From: Lama glama
Lineage: Eukaryota
Direction: 5' to 3'
Length of the DNA stretch: 64,000 bases
Assembly: GCA_028534125.1 (NCBI GenBank)
Contig: CM052817.1
Location: 37,574,001 to 37,638,000 of the forward strand
Positions 52,021-64,000 of the stretch are shown here, one piece after another. How positions within the stretch are numbered: the stretch's first letter is position 1; each line of letters starts with the position of its first letter. Position numbers and translations under genes: made by a program. The notes beneath the pieces were generated by a model. That model was not told the origin of the DNA, did no database searches, and worked only from the letters and a program-made list of their open reading frames with translations.

Positions 52021-53199
52021 CAGGGTTATTCCTCCAGCCTTGTTCTTTTTCTTCAGTATTGCTTTGGCAATTCTGGGTCTTTTGTGATATAAATGGGCCT
52101 TGAGTTTTCTTTGGGAGACATTTAAAAATATATATTCAATCATCTTAACAGATAGAGGGCAATCCAAGTTGTCTACTTTTTCTTGGTGAGCTTTGGTAGT
52201 GTCTGTTAAAGTATGCATTTCATGTAAATTGTTGAATTTTTTCAATAATACTGTTTATAAATTTCCCTTATTCGTATCAATAGAATCTGAAATGATGTCA
52301 CTTTTGCCACCTGTTATTGTTTTTCTAAACATCTTGTTGCTATGCTCACAGGGAAGCTATCAATTTTAAAACTTTACTGTCATGTATACATAAAATGATT
52401 TCATAGTTCTAAATAGGTATTGCTCATAATGACCTTAAAATAGTTACATTACCTGCTCTCTGGAACCTCATCAATATTTGTTTTACAAAACACAGTAAGA
52501 AATGCAACAAGATCTTCTCAGTTTTCCAAGGACACTTCCTGGTAACTGAATTTTTTTAATGTAGACAATGAACCTTGCTTGTTTTTTTAGCACTTCTGTT
52601 TATCAAAATACTTTATTCTTTACCTCTTTAATTTACTAATTTCACTAATTGTTACTTTATTTATTAAACAAGGAACCAGAAATAACTACAGATAATGGGA
52701 TTTTTATGGGATTTATATCCTTGCCTAAGTAAGAGAGATTGGTTGTCTCTAAAATTGCCTCTTCATAACTAATCAGAGGAAAAGACCCAATCAACCACTC
52801 TAATACCTTAAAATCCCATAGACAAAAGATCTGTTTTATCCAAAGATTAAATTTTCACTATTAAAACAAAAGTCATTGTCATGGGCAACTAATATAATTT
52901 TAAGTTAAACTTCCCAAGGCAGCAATAATTCCATTTCTAAAAATTATCCAGAATGCATGTGAAAATAGCATCATATTTTATTATTTAGGACCACTGAGCC
53001 CCTGTACGAGTACGTCCATGATGTAAAAGCTAAAATCTTATGTATACATTTTTAGACATAAGCTATGCTTTTCCAATCAGTTAATAAGACGGACCAAAAT
53101 GCCTATAATTAGAAAGTCATGATATGAGAGGACCCTTAATGAAATTCCTCCAGAACTTTTATTTCAATGATCATAATTAATCTCCTAATTAAAGACAGC

Positions 53200-53800
53200 A
53201 TCCCCTTAGTGAGGCAAAAAAAGTAAAATTCAGCTATCTACTACTTACAAGAGATACCTAAATCACAATACAGATATTTCAAAATGAAGGAAGGATAAAA
53301 GATACACTAGGTAAATGGCAAGGAAGAGGAAGCAGAGGTAGCAACATTAACAGCAGAGAAACAAATTTATGGCAACGAGTAGTTAAAAAAAAAAAAGGGA
53401 AAAGGCTTATTTTATAATGATTAAACATCCAGTCCACTTAAATTAGTCATTAGCCATTATATGCATCACATAAAACAGCACAAAAACATATGATGACAGC
53501 AGTAAGAAGACTGACACAACATCAGCATAGGGAGAATTTTAACTATCCTTAAGAATTTGACACAGCAAGCATACAAATAAGGATATAGAAGAAAGTTTTA
53601 AAAGCACAAACATTGACAAGCTTAAGTTATACCTTAGAAACAGAAAATAAACATCCTTTTCAAATACCAACAGAATAATACAAAAGTAGACCATGTACAT
53701 AGCCACAACAAAATCTCAAAAAAAACCCTCCAAGTCATCCCACAGATCATATTTTAATAATCACAAGACAACAAAACTAAGGAACTTATAACAAAAGGAG
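53200..53800 (+). mobile_element. Old L1 ORF2 (endonuclease-region) relic
   Basis: A-rich degenerate L1 motifs: tacaagagatacctaaa, gaaggataaaagatacac, gggagaattttaac, gaccatgtacatagccacaa. Confidence 0.55.
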
Positions 53801-55489
53801 AACCACTTACCATGACTGCCATCATCTAAATATTTCTTTGGAATTACACTTTTTTAAGAAGTTTTACATTTTTTCTCCTCTGAAGAGAATTTCATTTGAA
53901 TTGATGTCTTCAAACAAGGTCATGCTTAGACATCATTATTTTACTTATAATAACCACAGCAACTTTGTTTTTAAAAAGACTAACAGTCTTAAATTAGTAG
54001 GATGCTCAAAAAGATTAAAAAAAAATAGACAATTTTCTCGACCTGTGTTCAATAATCCCCCAGTGGAAATGTTTGTTTCCAGCCTTCTCGGTATAGGAGC
54101 ATCAATTTGCACTTACATACCGAAAGAGACACAGGTTCCAGAAGATAGGGGAAAAAAGCCATCCATGAGAACTAAAAGATTTGTATAACAAACACAGAAA
54201 GACAAAGAAAACCAAGAGAGAAAAGCACATTTTAGAAAAACAAACTTCTTGGAAACCATGGTATTTTACCTGCTTTCCACCCCCATGATACTCCTAGTAT
54301 TATTCATAAGGTGTCTACTAGAGAACCAAGACCAACATTATTCATCCACAAAATAAGCAAACAAAGTAGCTATTTTTACTTCAGTTCTTTAAAATAGTCA
54401 GAAGCACCTGCGGCAAAAACAGTGCGCTATCAAATTCAAGGAATGAAAAATCATAGATTTCAGATAAACTAAATCAAGTAAGAATGAGTTTCCTTCAAAT
54501 AAGCAGAAATTTCCATTTGGCAGTCATAATCTCTAGAATGTCATAGAAGCCAAATTCAATTTCTCTATAATACTGATGTTAATCAGTGAATTGGACTGAA
54601 GGCCTTATGGTAACCAACTTCCACTGGTTTAAGACCCAGCTGCATCACAATTCATTTTATGAACAAATTCAGTAAGTCTCTTTATTGTAATATGCCAATG
54701 TTATGCAATAATTGCATCTCAATGACAAGGACTTAACATTTAGACATTCAATCTCTATTAATACAAAATTTGAAAGAAGGAAAACCCTTAGGTACTCAGT
54801 GTGCAAAAGGCTTTGTATTCCATGAGTCATGGCCAGGGCAGCAATCTCACCATCAGTATAAGAAGTAATATCTCTCTCTCCTCTGAACATCCCTAGTACT
54901 TACTGTCTCCATCACATATTTGGCAGGCTGTTTTTAAGTAGTAAACTTTTTACAGGCATCTGTCTGATCTGAATGTATCCCTTAAGGGCAAGCAGCAGTC
55001 ACGCCTTCTAATTACTGGCATCTTCCACACAATACCTCACAAGTAGGAGATGCTTCTTAAGTATTAATTGACTATTGTTAAGTAACTGAGTAATGCCACC
55101 AACATATCCTTTCTTTAACACCACCTTTGGAGTATAGCTACCTGCTCTATACTCCAGAGCACCTATGCTTTCTAAAAGTTCTCTAAAAAAACTAAAATGA
55201 AGCAAACAAAACAACAAAGTCTACTTATAATACCTAGATCTTAGGTAAGTGGCATTAGATAAAATGAATAAATTTTGTTTATATTAATCCTACCTCTAAT
55301 CAAAGAGTAGACCTTCAAATACCTATGTTATAGCAGAATTAGGTGGGAAAACAACAACAGCAAGAGCAAAGCCTTAATATCTGTGCTCACTCTTCCCCCA
55401 CACTCTGGACTTTCCTTAGTCAGTGGTCACCTCCACACCTTCCAAAAGGTTCCCATGGCTCCTGGCCTTCAGCAATTCAATCGTATAAT

Positions 55490-55672
55490 GGGTCTCAAAC
55501 TTAACATGTTTCAGAATATCCTTAAAAACTTGCTAAAGCACAAACTGCTGGGCTCCATCCCCAGAGTTCATGTTTGGTGGGTCCAGGGTGGGCCTAAGTG
55601 TCTGCATTTCTAGCAAGGTGACAGGCAGGTGATGCTGATGCTAGTCATCCAGAGACCACACTTTGAGAACTC
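55490..55672. mobile_element. MER5A relic (opposite orientation to the copy at 38854)
   Basis: tctcaaact...ctgctgggctccatccccagagtt...ctgcatttctagcaag...ggtgatgctgatgct...accacactttgagaac. Confidence 0.75.
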
Positions 55673-56461
55673 TTTTACTCTCAGACCCTCCCCTGTTTCT
55701 GTCACGTTTACTGTTCTTGTTTAATTAATTCAAAACAACTTTAAAGTTTACTTCTTCCTTTAGATGAAGCTTGGTTTCTTCACCTTCTATTCTAAGTATG
55801 CATTAGGTATGTGGTGTAAATGGCAAACACCATCTTCATGTGGAACTTTTCAGCATGGTATCAAACGTTTTTGGACAACCAAAAGGTGACTCCCTAACTT
55901 TTCCAGCTCAAAAATGGCACACAATCATTTGTACCAGGTAACCACCTCTACAGGGAAGCAAAAAACTAGTTACTCAGTCTGCATTATCCCAGGGATGCAC
56001 ATATCATTCTCTCCGCCGGGGATTTTTTCCCTCCCCCTTAACTGGTTAACGTCTCCTCTTCTTTCGGGTCTTACCTCAGAGGCAACTTATACAGGGAAGA
56101 CTTTCTTTTCTTCCTCTTGACCAGATCAAGTTCTTCTACTATGGGTTCTCATAGAGTAGCTGAATCCCCTCCCTGCTAGCCCCTGTCATGTTTTCATTTT
56201 TACATTTGTTTATATAAACATTTTCTGAATAGCTACTTTCCACATTGGACGGTAAGCTCTAGACAATGTTTTTGGTTTTAATCATCATTGTATTTTCAGT
56301 GCCAAGCATGATTATCAGTCACATAGAAGATGTCCTAATGAGGGTAGACAAGATCTGAGCTTTTTCAGCCCTAAGAGAGTGAGAGCACTCCTTTCTAGAC
56401 TCTACACTCTATTTGTTTTTCACCTGCCCTATACTAAGAAAAAAAAAAAAAAAAGACTTAC

Positions 56462-56576
56462 CTTTTCTGAATAATTCTTGGAGACTTTCAGCACTTTGAT
56501 TTAACACAGCCCATATTTCTTCCTCCTGCAGGGGGCCACCCCGAACCTCCAGGGCCTCAGCTAGTGACACGTGCAT
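56462..56576 (-). CDS. PTPN13: PTPN13 first coding exon (exon 2; whole exon 56462-56581 including 5 nt of 5'UTR), start of KIND domain
   Basis: Minus strand reads tttcttag|GTAAT ATG CAC GTG ... AGA AAA G|gtaagt. It translates to MHVSLAEALEVRGGPLQEEEIWAVLNQSAESLQELFRK, 115 coding nt, ending in phase 1. Confidence 0.97.
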
Positions 56577-58649
56577 ATTACCTAAGAAACAAAGGTAACA
56601 GATGGCTTACACATCAGCTACTTCACTGTACTTGCAGTAGTGAAAATGCGAAATCAGTGATGAAACTATGAGGTCACTGACCACCAAAGTTCTCAATGTA
56701 AATATAATATAATCCTACAGCTTAAAGTCATAGAGGGGAAAGGAGTTGGAGGAAAAGAACTCTCAGAACAACCAATTGCCCCAGCCCAACAGGGTCAGCC
56801 TCAAAGACGAAACTGGAGAACAGTGGTAGGGACTACGTCGTGGGAGAAGACAGAGACCTCAGGTACCAGGGGCCACCAAAGAGCACGTGATTAAATCAAA
56901 GCGGCCAGACCAGACTGAAGATCCAGGTTTAATCCTATTTATCCCGGGTATAAAGAGTAGAGAGGAGTGGAGAGAAGACCCTACAGCCATGGTTGGAGAA
57001 GTTGGGAATAAGATGCAACACATTTTTTCCATTTACTAATTGATTTCTGTATCTCTAATATATATAGGTATGAATTGTGCACTGAATGGACTTAGCTATT
57101 TCTAAACCCAGCTTTGCTGCCAACTTCCCCTTTGCCCCTAGGAAAGTCATTTCACCTCTAAATTTCAGTTTCCCATCTTTGACATCGGAATAATAATAGT
57201 AATAACAATGCCATTTTGAGGCAGCTATGACAAGGAAAGAAGTTATGCTATAAACGTGCTTTGTAATCTAAGACTACAGAATTTGAATTAATAAAAAATC
57301 AAAAAGATGCCTTGGTGGTGACATTTTGGGAGGGTCAATTTTTTCAAAGGCATTCAATTAAGTAGGTGATATACTGATAAAATTTAACATTTTCTATGGG
57401 GCTCAATAATCCTATTTTCATTTTGGAAGAGGAAAACACAGCTAGTCAAAATCCTTCTGTATCAATTTTCCTAAATTGACACTCATTGAAAAGAAAATTG
57501 CTCTCTCTAGTGATCACTAAGGTTTCTACTCTAATCAAACCAATTTAAGCATAATGTATATCTTGATAGACAGAAGCAGATGGGTTTGGAAAAGAAATTA
57601 AAGGGAGCAGAAATGTTAAATACTTATGTTCTGTAATTATATCCTTCATTAAATTTTAAAATCAACCTATAAAAACATCTGTTTCAGATGAAAGTTGAAT
57701 TTGTTTACTCAACTAACAAAAAATGCTAATATTTTCTTTTAATTTATATTTATGATCCTTTAACCCAGATGGAAAAAAAAAAAGCAACTATAGCTCTACA
57801 GATGAAGCCAGGCTTGCCCTGTTACTTTCTTTTTCAGATGTTTACTGTAGCATTTTATTCTTAGAGTCTGCCTTGAGGGGTGTCTACTTAAATGCGCAAT
57901 GTAGTAAAAAGGGAAGATAGAAGATATTGCTTTGAAAAAGCCAAAAGGGTTTTATTTAACTTGTACAAGAAGCGATTATTTATTTAGACCCCTCGCCGCC
58001 CCCACCAACTCTCTAGATTTCTCATGTATTTTATTATACAATAGCGTAGTAATAGCACAGTTATTAAAGGGAAAAATTGGAAGCTTCACTCCTGTCTAAG
58101 AGATATCTGAGTAATTGCATACATAAAACACTATATTAAATTGGAAGTTTCAACAGAAACTATCAGATACCAACGTGACCTGTGAGAAAGACTACTACTC
58201 TAGCAGATTTCCAAATACGGATGAGAACCGGTTAGTTAGCTCTAGAGCCTACACACAGGGTATACAGAGTAGAGAGAAAATTGCATAAGGAGAATTTCTT
58301 TGAAGAGAATTGTACTGATTTTCATGCCTCTTCCAAAGCAGGAGTGTGGGAAGGAGCCTCTGCTAGACCTCAAGCCAGTGAAAGAGGCTTCAGTGGGACC
58401 CCTTGGAGTGCCTGGTGTGTTCCCTAGAGTTGGGGAGGACACCACAGACTGGCGCCTGATACTTCAGGGATCAAAGGCTTTGGCTATGGCTCTGAGGCAG
58501 CAGCCAGAGGGAGCAGAGGGCACACACAGCTGGAGTGAGGGGGTGTGCTGTACTGGGAGCTGGCTACTCTTCCATTAGTTGGGTGGCGGTGGAGGAGGAG
58601 GTGGGCAAGAAGCAGGGCCACACAGCCTGGAGCTAATGAAATTCTACCC

Positions 58650-58790
58650 AGATGATGAAAATGTCCCCAGATTTAGTTTGTGCTAATGGCTGCAGAACTC
58701 TGTGCCTATACCACAAACCACTGAAGGTTTATTTTAAAAGGGTGAATTTATGGTATGCCATTGATACCTCAATAAAGCCGTTAAAAAAAA
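58650..58790 (+). mobile_element. Short old L1 3' end
   Basis: accactgaa...ttttaaaagggtgaatttatggtatg...acctcaataaagccgttaaaaaaaaa. Confidence 0.6.
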
Positions 58791-61313
58791 AGAACTCTAC
58801 CCAGACTACTACCAGAGGCTCCCAGGGTACTACCAGGAGGAGGAGGAAGTGAGGAGAGAAGAGGGGGAGAGGAGAAAGTATGGAAGGGGGGAAGAAGAGG
58901 AGGAAGAGGAATTAGGTATTGGCTGGCAGAAGGAATGTTTTGAGGTGTCACAGGAAGCATAATTCCAGTGAAGAACTCTGAAGAACCCACAGAAGTATAC
59001 ATAAGAGAAAGAGTCAGCCTTAAGCACGTAACAAATTCGAAGGCAGTGAAGCCATTTTGTAACAGGAGTCAGGTGAAAGACTGTCTTTCTACCTTTCTTC
59101 TTGTCCCCAGTTTAAATCCTGAGGGGGTCGGAAACAGCAACTTGCAAATGGATGGAGGGAGATGAGCAACAGAAAGAGAAGCCAACCCCACTGCCTTCCG
59201 CTTAGAGCTGTTCCTACATGGGGGAGGGAACAGTGTTAGCTTTGAATCAAGATTGAAATGTTGCTTAATGTACCTACCAAGTAGGCACTTTAAATTATGG
59301 AACTGACACTGTATTTTCAACTCGAGTAACTGTAGCTATTATTATCAAAGGGTGAGAAGACAATTATGGACTTGAGTTTTCACATAGAGGCAAGAGACTA
59401 CGTTCCTCTCATGAATGAGAAAGAAGGAAAAAGAGAGAAAATGGAGGGAGGGCAGAAAGAAAGAAAAGTGATGGGTAAAATAAGTTGCTTATAATTATGC
59501 CTTATGTATTCTGTTGTAAAACAAATGATATACATCACCCACATACAAAGTGTTAAATCTTGAGATACTGGTTTCTCTGAATTCTTAAAAGACTGATTTT
59601 TAAATAAAAATTTTCCTATAAATAAGAAAATGTAAAGGTAAAATGATGAATGATCCCTCTATTACTTGATTCAATCAGGTCTGAATTATATTTTATTAAT
59701 CCTCTATTAATGTTTATTAAAAATTTTTTTTGCCTATTCAGTAGGATCTCTATGCATCTCTTGTGGGAACTGGTTAGATCATGCAAACACAGAAGAAAAT
59801 GTTTGTTTTTTTTTAAAGCAATATCATCCAGCAAAACAGAATAGATTTGGCATTTTAAATTCATAACTTTGCTAGAAGAGAGGTTTAAGATTTTAAAAAA
59901 CTGTCTCAACCCTCCTATCACCCAATCTCAAGACAATGTAACATTAAAACAGCTTTCTAAAAATCAAACAAATAAACAACAACATAACTATAGCTTATAA
60001 ACTGTCTACCACCACCATGTCTGGTGACTGCCTATCATCATCCTCTCTGGTATTTTCATTCACCTTTACTACAGCTCTCCAGATCAGTAGCTCTGAAAGA
60101 AAAGAGAAAACAAGGAGTGACAGAAATGCAGAAGTGGAAGAAGGATGCAACAATAAGAAAAAGGAGGGAGAAAAGCTTAAAGTCAACTAATAGATGAAGG
60201 AAACAGTTATGAAAATTCTTAAGAGTTTTATTACTTCAATTGTTTCCTTTAGAGGAAACGCAGTACTAGATAACTTGGGGTGTAGATCTATGACTGGCAT
60301 TATCTTACTATCAAAAAGGTCCTGCTTTACAATAAACATAACCATATTATTCACTTTTATTTCCTTGAAAGTGGTAGGCTACATGATAACTAAATTTTTG
60401 GAAAGACTTTTGAATAAGAATAATTACATGACAGAATCAGAATCATTATTACGTTTTTGGTTAATACAGGTATTATCGTCATGACCTCAAAACTGTGCCC
60501 ACAGAGTAAGATAAAGCCACAAAGAGATTCTAACAGATGTCACTTTAATCCTGAAGGATTTGTGTCACTTGAAAATAGGAAGTACATAAACGTGATTCCA
60601 AAAAGAATGAAATAGTAAACAGATTAACTGAATCCAATCAAGTGATATGACAACCTGTCTGGGGGTAGACTAGAAATGTTTATACAGACTCTAAAGAAAT
60701 AGGACTATGAGAATACCCTGTTTCAAGAACAAAGCAACTATAAAATAGAGCTCTGTGTGTGCCACTAGCTCGGGGCAAACACACACTTATCAGCCTAGCT
60801 AAGGACTTCTTAGGTCATTAAAAAATTATAGTGAGTTGAGAAAGCAAGCTCTCAAATTATAAACATCTTTAACCCAGAAAGATTTACAATGAATTTTATA
60901 AAAGATTAAGAGAGGCAAGTCCATATCTTAGTATTTTTAAAAATTAAAGAATCTGTACATAGTTGGTATTTTAGCTGTTTATAATGTTTAAGAGAAATAG
61001 GTCAGTTAGAATAACAGATTTGCCTCGTGATTCCAATTTAAGTAATGTAATTGAGAAAATTAGAGTTCAGGCTTGTATAAAATACCACTGTAATATATAA
61101 AAGAACTTAAGTCTTAGCATACTAATAAATTTTCATTAGAGACTTATTTAATTACTCAGGGAAAAAAAATTTTTTTTTTGGTTAGTCTGACAACTGAAAT
61201 ACTTTTGGAAATCAACTTTTAATTCTATGAATGTAGTTTAAAACAGTTAAGGGATTTTAATTAACAAAGTCTGAAAATGGGATTATACACCCAATCAGAA
61301 GTCCCCTTAAAAG

Positions 61314-61351
61314 TGTAAAATGATTATAAATCAATAAAAAATGTTAAAAAA
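61314..61351 (+). mobile_element. Ultra-short L1 3'-tail insertion with TSD
   Basis: tgtaaaatgattataaatcaataaaaaatgttaaaaaa is nearly identical to 28976-29012. It is flanked by aaaagtg at 61309-61315 and 61352-61358. Confidence 0.8.
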
Positions 61352-61512
61352 AAAAGTGATTATTAAAATTTTCTACGAGTAAAATAAGTGACCTTAGAAA
61401 CTTCAGAACAAGGTTTCAGAATTTGTAATTTACTAAGAATATTCATTTAAAGATAATTTTCAATAAGCTTTTCTGTGTACAATAATATCTTGGAGGCCAT
61501 TTTTTAAAAGTT

Positions 61513-62620
61513 AGGAGAAAATCATTGTGATCTTGGGTCAGATTTTTCTTAGATACAACATCAAATGTGTGAACCATAAAATTTAAAAAATGATAAGATT
61601 TCATCAAAATTAAAACCTCTGCTCTTTGAAAAGAACTGTTAAAAGAATAAAAAGAAAAGCTATAAAAGGAAAATATTTATAGATCACATAACTGATCAAG
61701 GATTTATGTCCAGAATATAAATATATATAATATATTTACGTCCAGATTATATCCAAACTCAATAATATGAAAACAAACAATGCAATTTTTTTTGTTATCA
61801 AATGAGCAAAAGAAAATATATGGATGGCAATGAACCCATGAGAAGATGCTCAAGTTCAATAGTCATTAGGACAAAATAGAATTAAAAACAATGAGATACT
61901 GCCACACAGCTATCAGAATTACTAAAATGAAAAAGACTGACCATGTTAAGTATAGCCAAGGATGTGGAAGAACTGGAACTCTCATACATTACTAGTGCGG
62001 ATGTAAAATACTACCAGTTTCTTTAAATTAAATATAAGTCTACCATACGACCTAGCTATTTCACTCGTAAATATTTACACAAAAGAAATTAAAGCATATA
62101 TCTACACAAAGACTTGTCCACAAATGCTTGTAACAGCTTTATTTGTAACAGCCCAAAACTGGAAATATGCAAATGTCTACCAACAAGCGAATGGATAAAC
62201 AGATTTTAGTATATTCCCACAATGGAATATTAATTAGCAATAAAAAGGGAATATTAATAATCAATAATTATTGATATATGCAACAGTATGAATCTCAAAA
62301 TTATGCTGTGTAAAGGAAGCTAAGCCAAAAAACAAGAGTACATGTGTTATGACTACATTTATACAAAATTACAGAAAATGCAAACTATAGCTACATAAAA
62401 CAGCTCAGCTGCCTGTGGATAGCACTGCCCTATGGAAGGGCATGTGGGATTGATTACAAAGGGGCATGAGAAAATATTTGTAGATGATGGGTATGTTCAT
62501 TATCTTGACTGTGATGACAGTTCACAAGTGCATACATATGTCAAAACATCAAATTGTACACTTTAAATATTTATAGCTTATTATACATGAATTATATGCC
62601 TCAATAAGGCTGTTAAAAAG
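61513..62620 (+). mobile_element. Old L1 (L1MC/L1ME-like) 3' region
   Basis: catcaaaattaaaac, aatgagatactgccacac, gccaaggatgtggaagaactggaactctcatacatt, aatggataaac, gttcattatcttgactgtgatga, ending cctcaataaggctgttaaaaa. Confidence 0.85.
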
Positions 62621-64000
62621 AGAAGAAAACAAACTAAACCTAACCAAAGCCAGAACAGCATTCATTTTCTTTGTCTTGTGAAGCTATCTCATTTTTTTTT
62701 TTTAAGTCAGAAGAAACCAAACCCTAACATCAGGTAATACATGCTTTAAAAAAGTCTAACTTCTCCCATTAAAAAGAAATTTGTAAGACTAAAGAGATCA
62801 AAATCCATGGCTAAGGTCTGAGATCTTCCCTTCTTAGAGAGCCAAAGCATATCTAAGATGCCATGTAACTTACATTATTAAAGTTAGAATTTATGGATTG
62901 ATAACACAATCTTAAAAAAAAATTATTCAAGAGAACAATCTCTTGTTTTTCTTTCAACTTCTAATTTCCTAAAGCATTTGAACCCGAAATTTTAAATAAT
63001 GTGAAATTATTTCTACCTTTTAACTGTTGATCTAGAAACAGTCAACACCAAGACACAAGTATACAAAGTAGAAAGAATAAAAAGCACTATTAAGCTTTAA
63101 AAGACTAAAAGCTAATCTCCCTACAAACAAGTAATAAAATACACTAATATTTCTTTCCATCAGAGGGTAAGTATAATCAGGTAGTAGAGAAAAAATACTG
63201 TTGCCTAATATACTCAGGAAAGCCTAAGAAAGAATTGGGACTTTAAGGAGAAAAAGAGATAAAAGTAGGTAAGTTTTAATTGGACATCGTCTCAAGGTAG
63301 AAAACAGCATGTGTCCAAACATTTTTATTGATGTTGGAGCAATGCTTAGTATTTGTCAACTTTTCCATTATACTTTCCCAGTGGGAGAAGAGAAACTAAA
63401 ACAAACGCAAGCTAAATTGCCTTTTTGGGCCTCTGGCTCATGTCAACTGCTTATCTAAATAGAAATCATATATGCCTGTTACCTGTTTTTCAAAGGACAG
63501 CTTCAAAAAACCAGAAGAAAACTTCTGGAATTTTTCAGCCTCTTTAAATGTATCATTTAAACTTAGGAGAAGAGTAAAATGGAGGGGGAAATCCCTGATT
63601 CCACATATTTTATACTTCTCACCAAATGGGAGGTACCAACAGAAAACAATGTAACGGTAAGAACTTTGGTTTTGAGTATTGTTTTTTTTTACATCACCCC
63701 TCCTACCCACCCACTGACTTTTGTTCAGATCATTGCTTTAGAAACCTGCTCGCTGGTCCTCCTCAAAAATGTGGACTTGAAATGTCTCAGAGTAAGTCAC
63801 TAAAGGAAACAAATATGTATAAAGCACAAAAGACCAAGAAAAAATTCGTATTTGCCCTTTATATTGCAATAAACAAATTAATGTGGCAGGCAGAATTCTG
63901 AGTCTACCAAACACTCCTTTCATGTTGTGAACTGCCTAGGTAGGGGTTATGTGACGAGGACCTGAGGGTGGCCTCTAGGAGCTGATGGTGTACCCCAGCC

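Larger units (their letters stand above)
4289..56581 (-). other. PTPN13: PTPN13 gene span visible in the window (exons 2-9; partial gene, intron 1 continues to the window end and intron 9 to the window start)
   Basis: Eight exons in the correct order on the minus strand. Each visible boundary is GT-AG, and phases are compatible wherever both ends are visible. The spliced translation matches the recognisable PTPN13 N-terminus (MHVSLAEALEVRGGPLQEEEIWAV...). Confidence 0.98.

Noticed and set aside
51961..52245. 94-aa ORF with the L1-like peptide RIAKAILKKKNKAGGITL
   Set aside because: A decayed L1 ORF2 fragment running into an MLT1 LTR, not a gene.
56830..56960. E-box (cacgtg, 56884-56889) and tataaa (56948-56953) suggesting an antisense promoter near exon 2
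   Set aside because: Short motifs expected by chance. There is no CpG island and no other evidence.
58330..58915. GC-richer patch with short ORFs and a purine-rich tract
   Set aside because: CpG-depleted, no recognisable protein, and no convincing splice-site pair. It may be regulatory, but that cannot be supported from sequence alone.
1..64000. Prokaryotic-type systems (CRISPR arrays, operons, rRNA, defence islands) or a novel multi-gene system
   Set aside because: The sequence is mammalian intron/exon DNA. No repeat-spacer arrays, long single-exon ORFs or RNA operons were seen.

Overview
Eukaryotic (mammalian) genomic DNA: AT-rich, CpG-poor and dense in repeats. The window holds the 5' part of PTPN13 (FAP-1/PTP-BL, non-receptor tyrosine phosphatase 13) on the minus strand. 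Eight coding exons (exon 2 to exon 9 in human numbering) were located by GT-AG boundaries and translation. They encode the N-terminal KIND domain and the following linker. Exon 5 is visible for only 29 nt before it runs into a 500-N gap. The non-coding exon 1 and exon 10 onward were not found and presumably lie outside the window. The introns carry ancient mammalian repeats (L2, MIR, MER5A/MER3/MER33, MLT1, MLT2, old L1M) and younger insertions: a tRNA-Ala-derived SINE resembling camelid vic-1, and artiodactyl-type L1 3' ends. This suggests a camelid genome (inference). Repeat family names come from recalled consensus motifs and their boundaries are approximate unless a TSD is given. I found no evidence of a novel gene system. 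The best unexplained structures are: an ~85-bp inverted, microhomology-flanked templated insertion near exon 4; an AG|GT recursive-splice-like start of the ATG exon; a candidate poison exon in intron 7; and a ~40-bp L1 micro-insertion.
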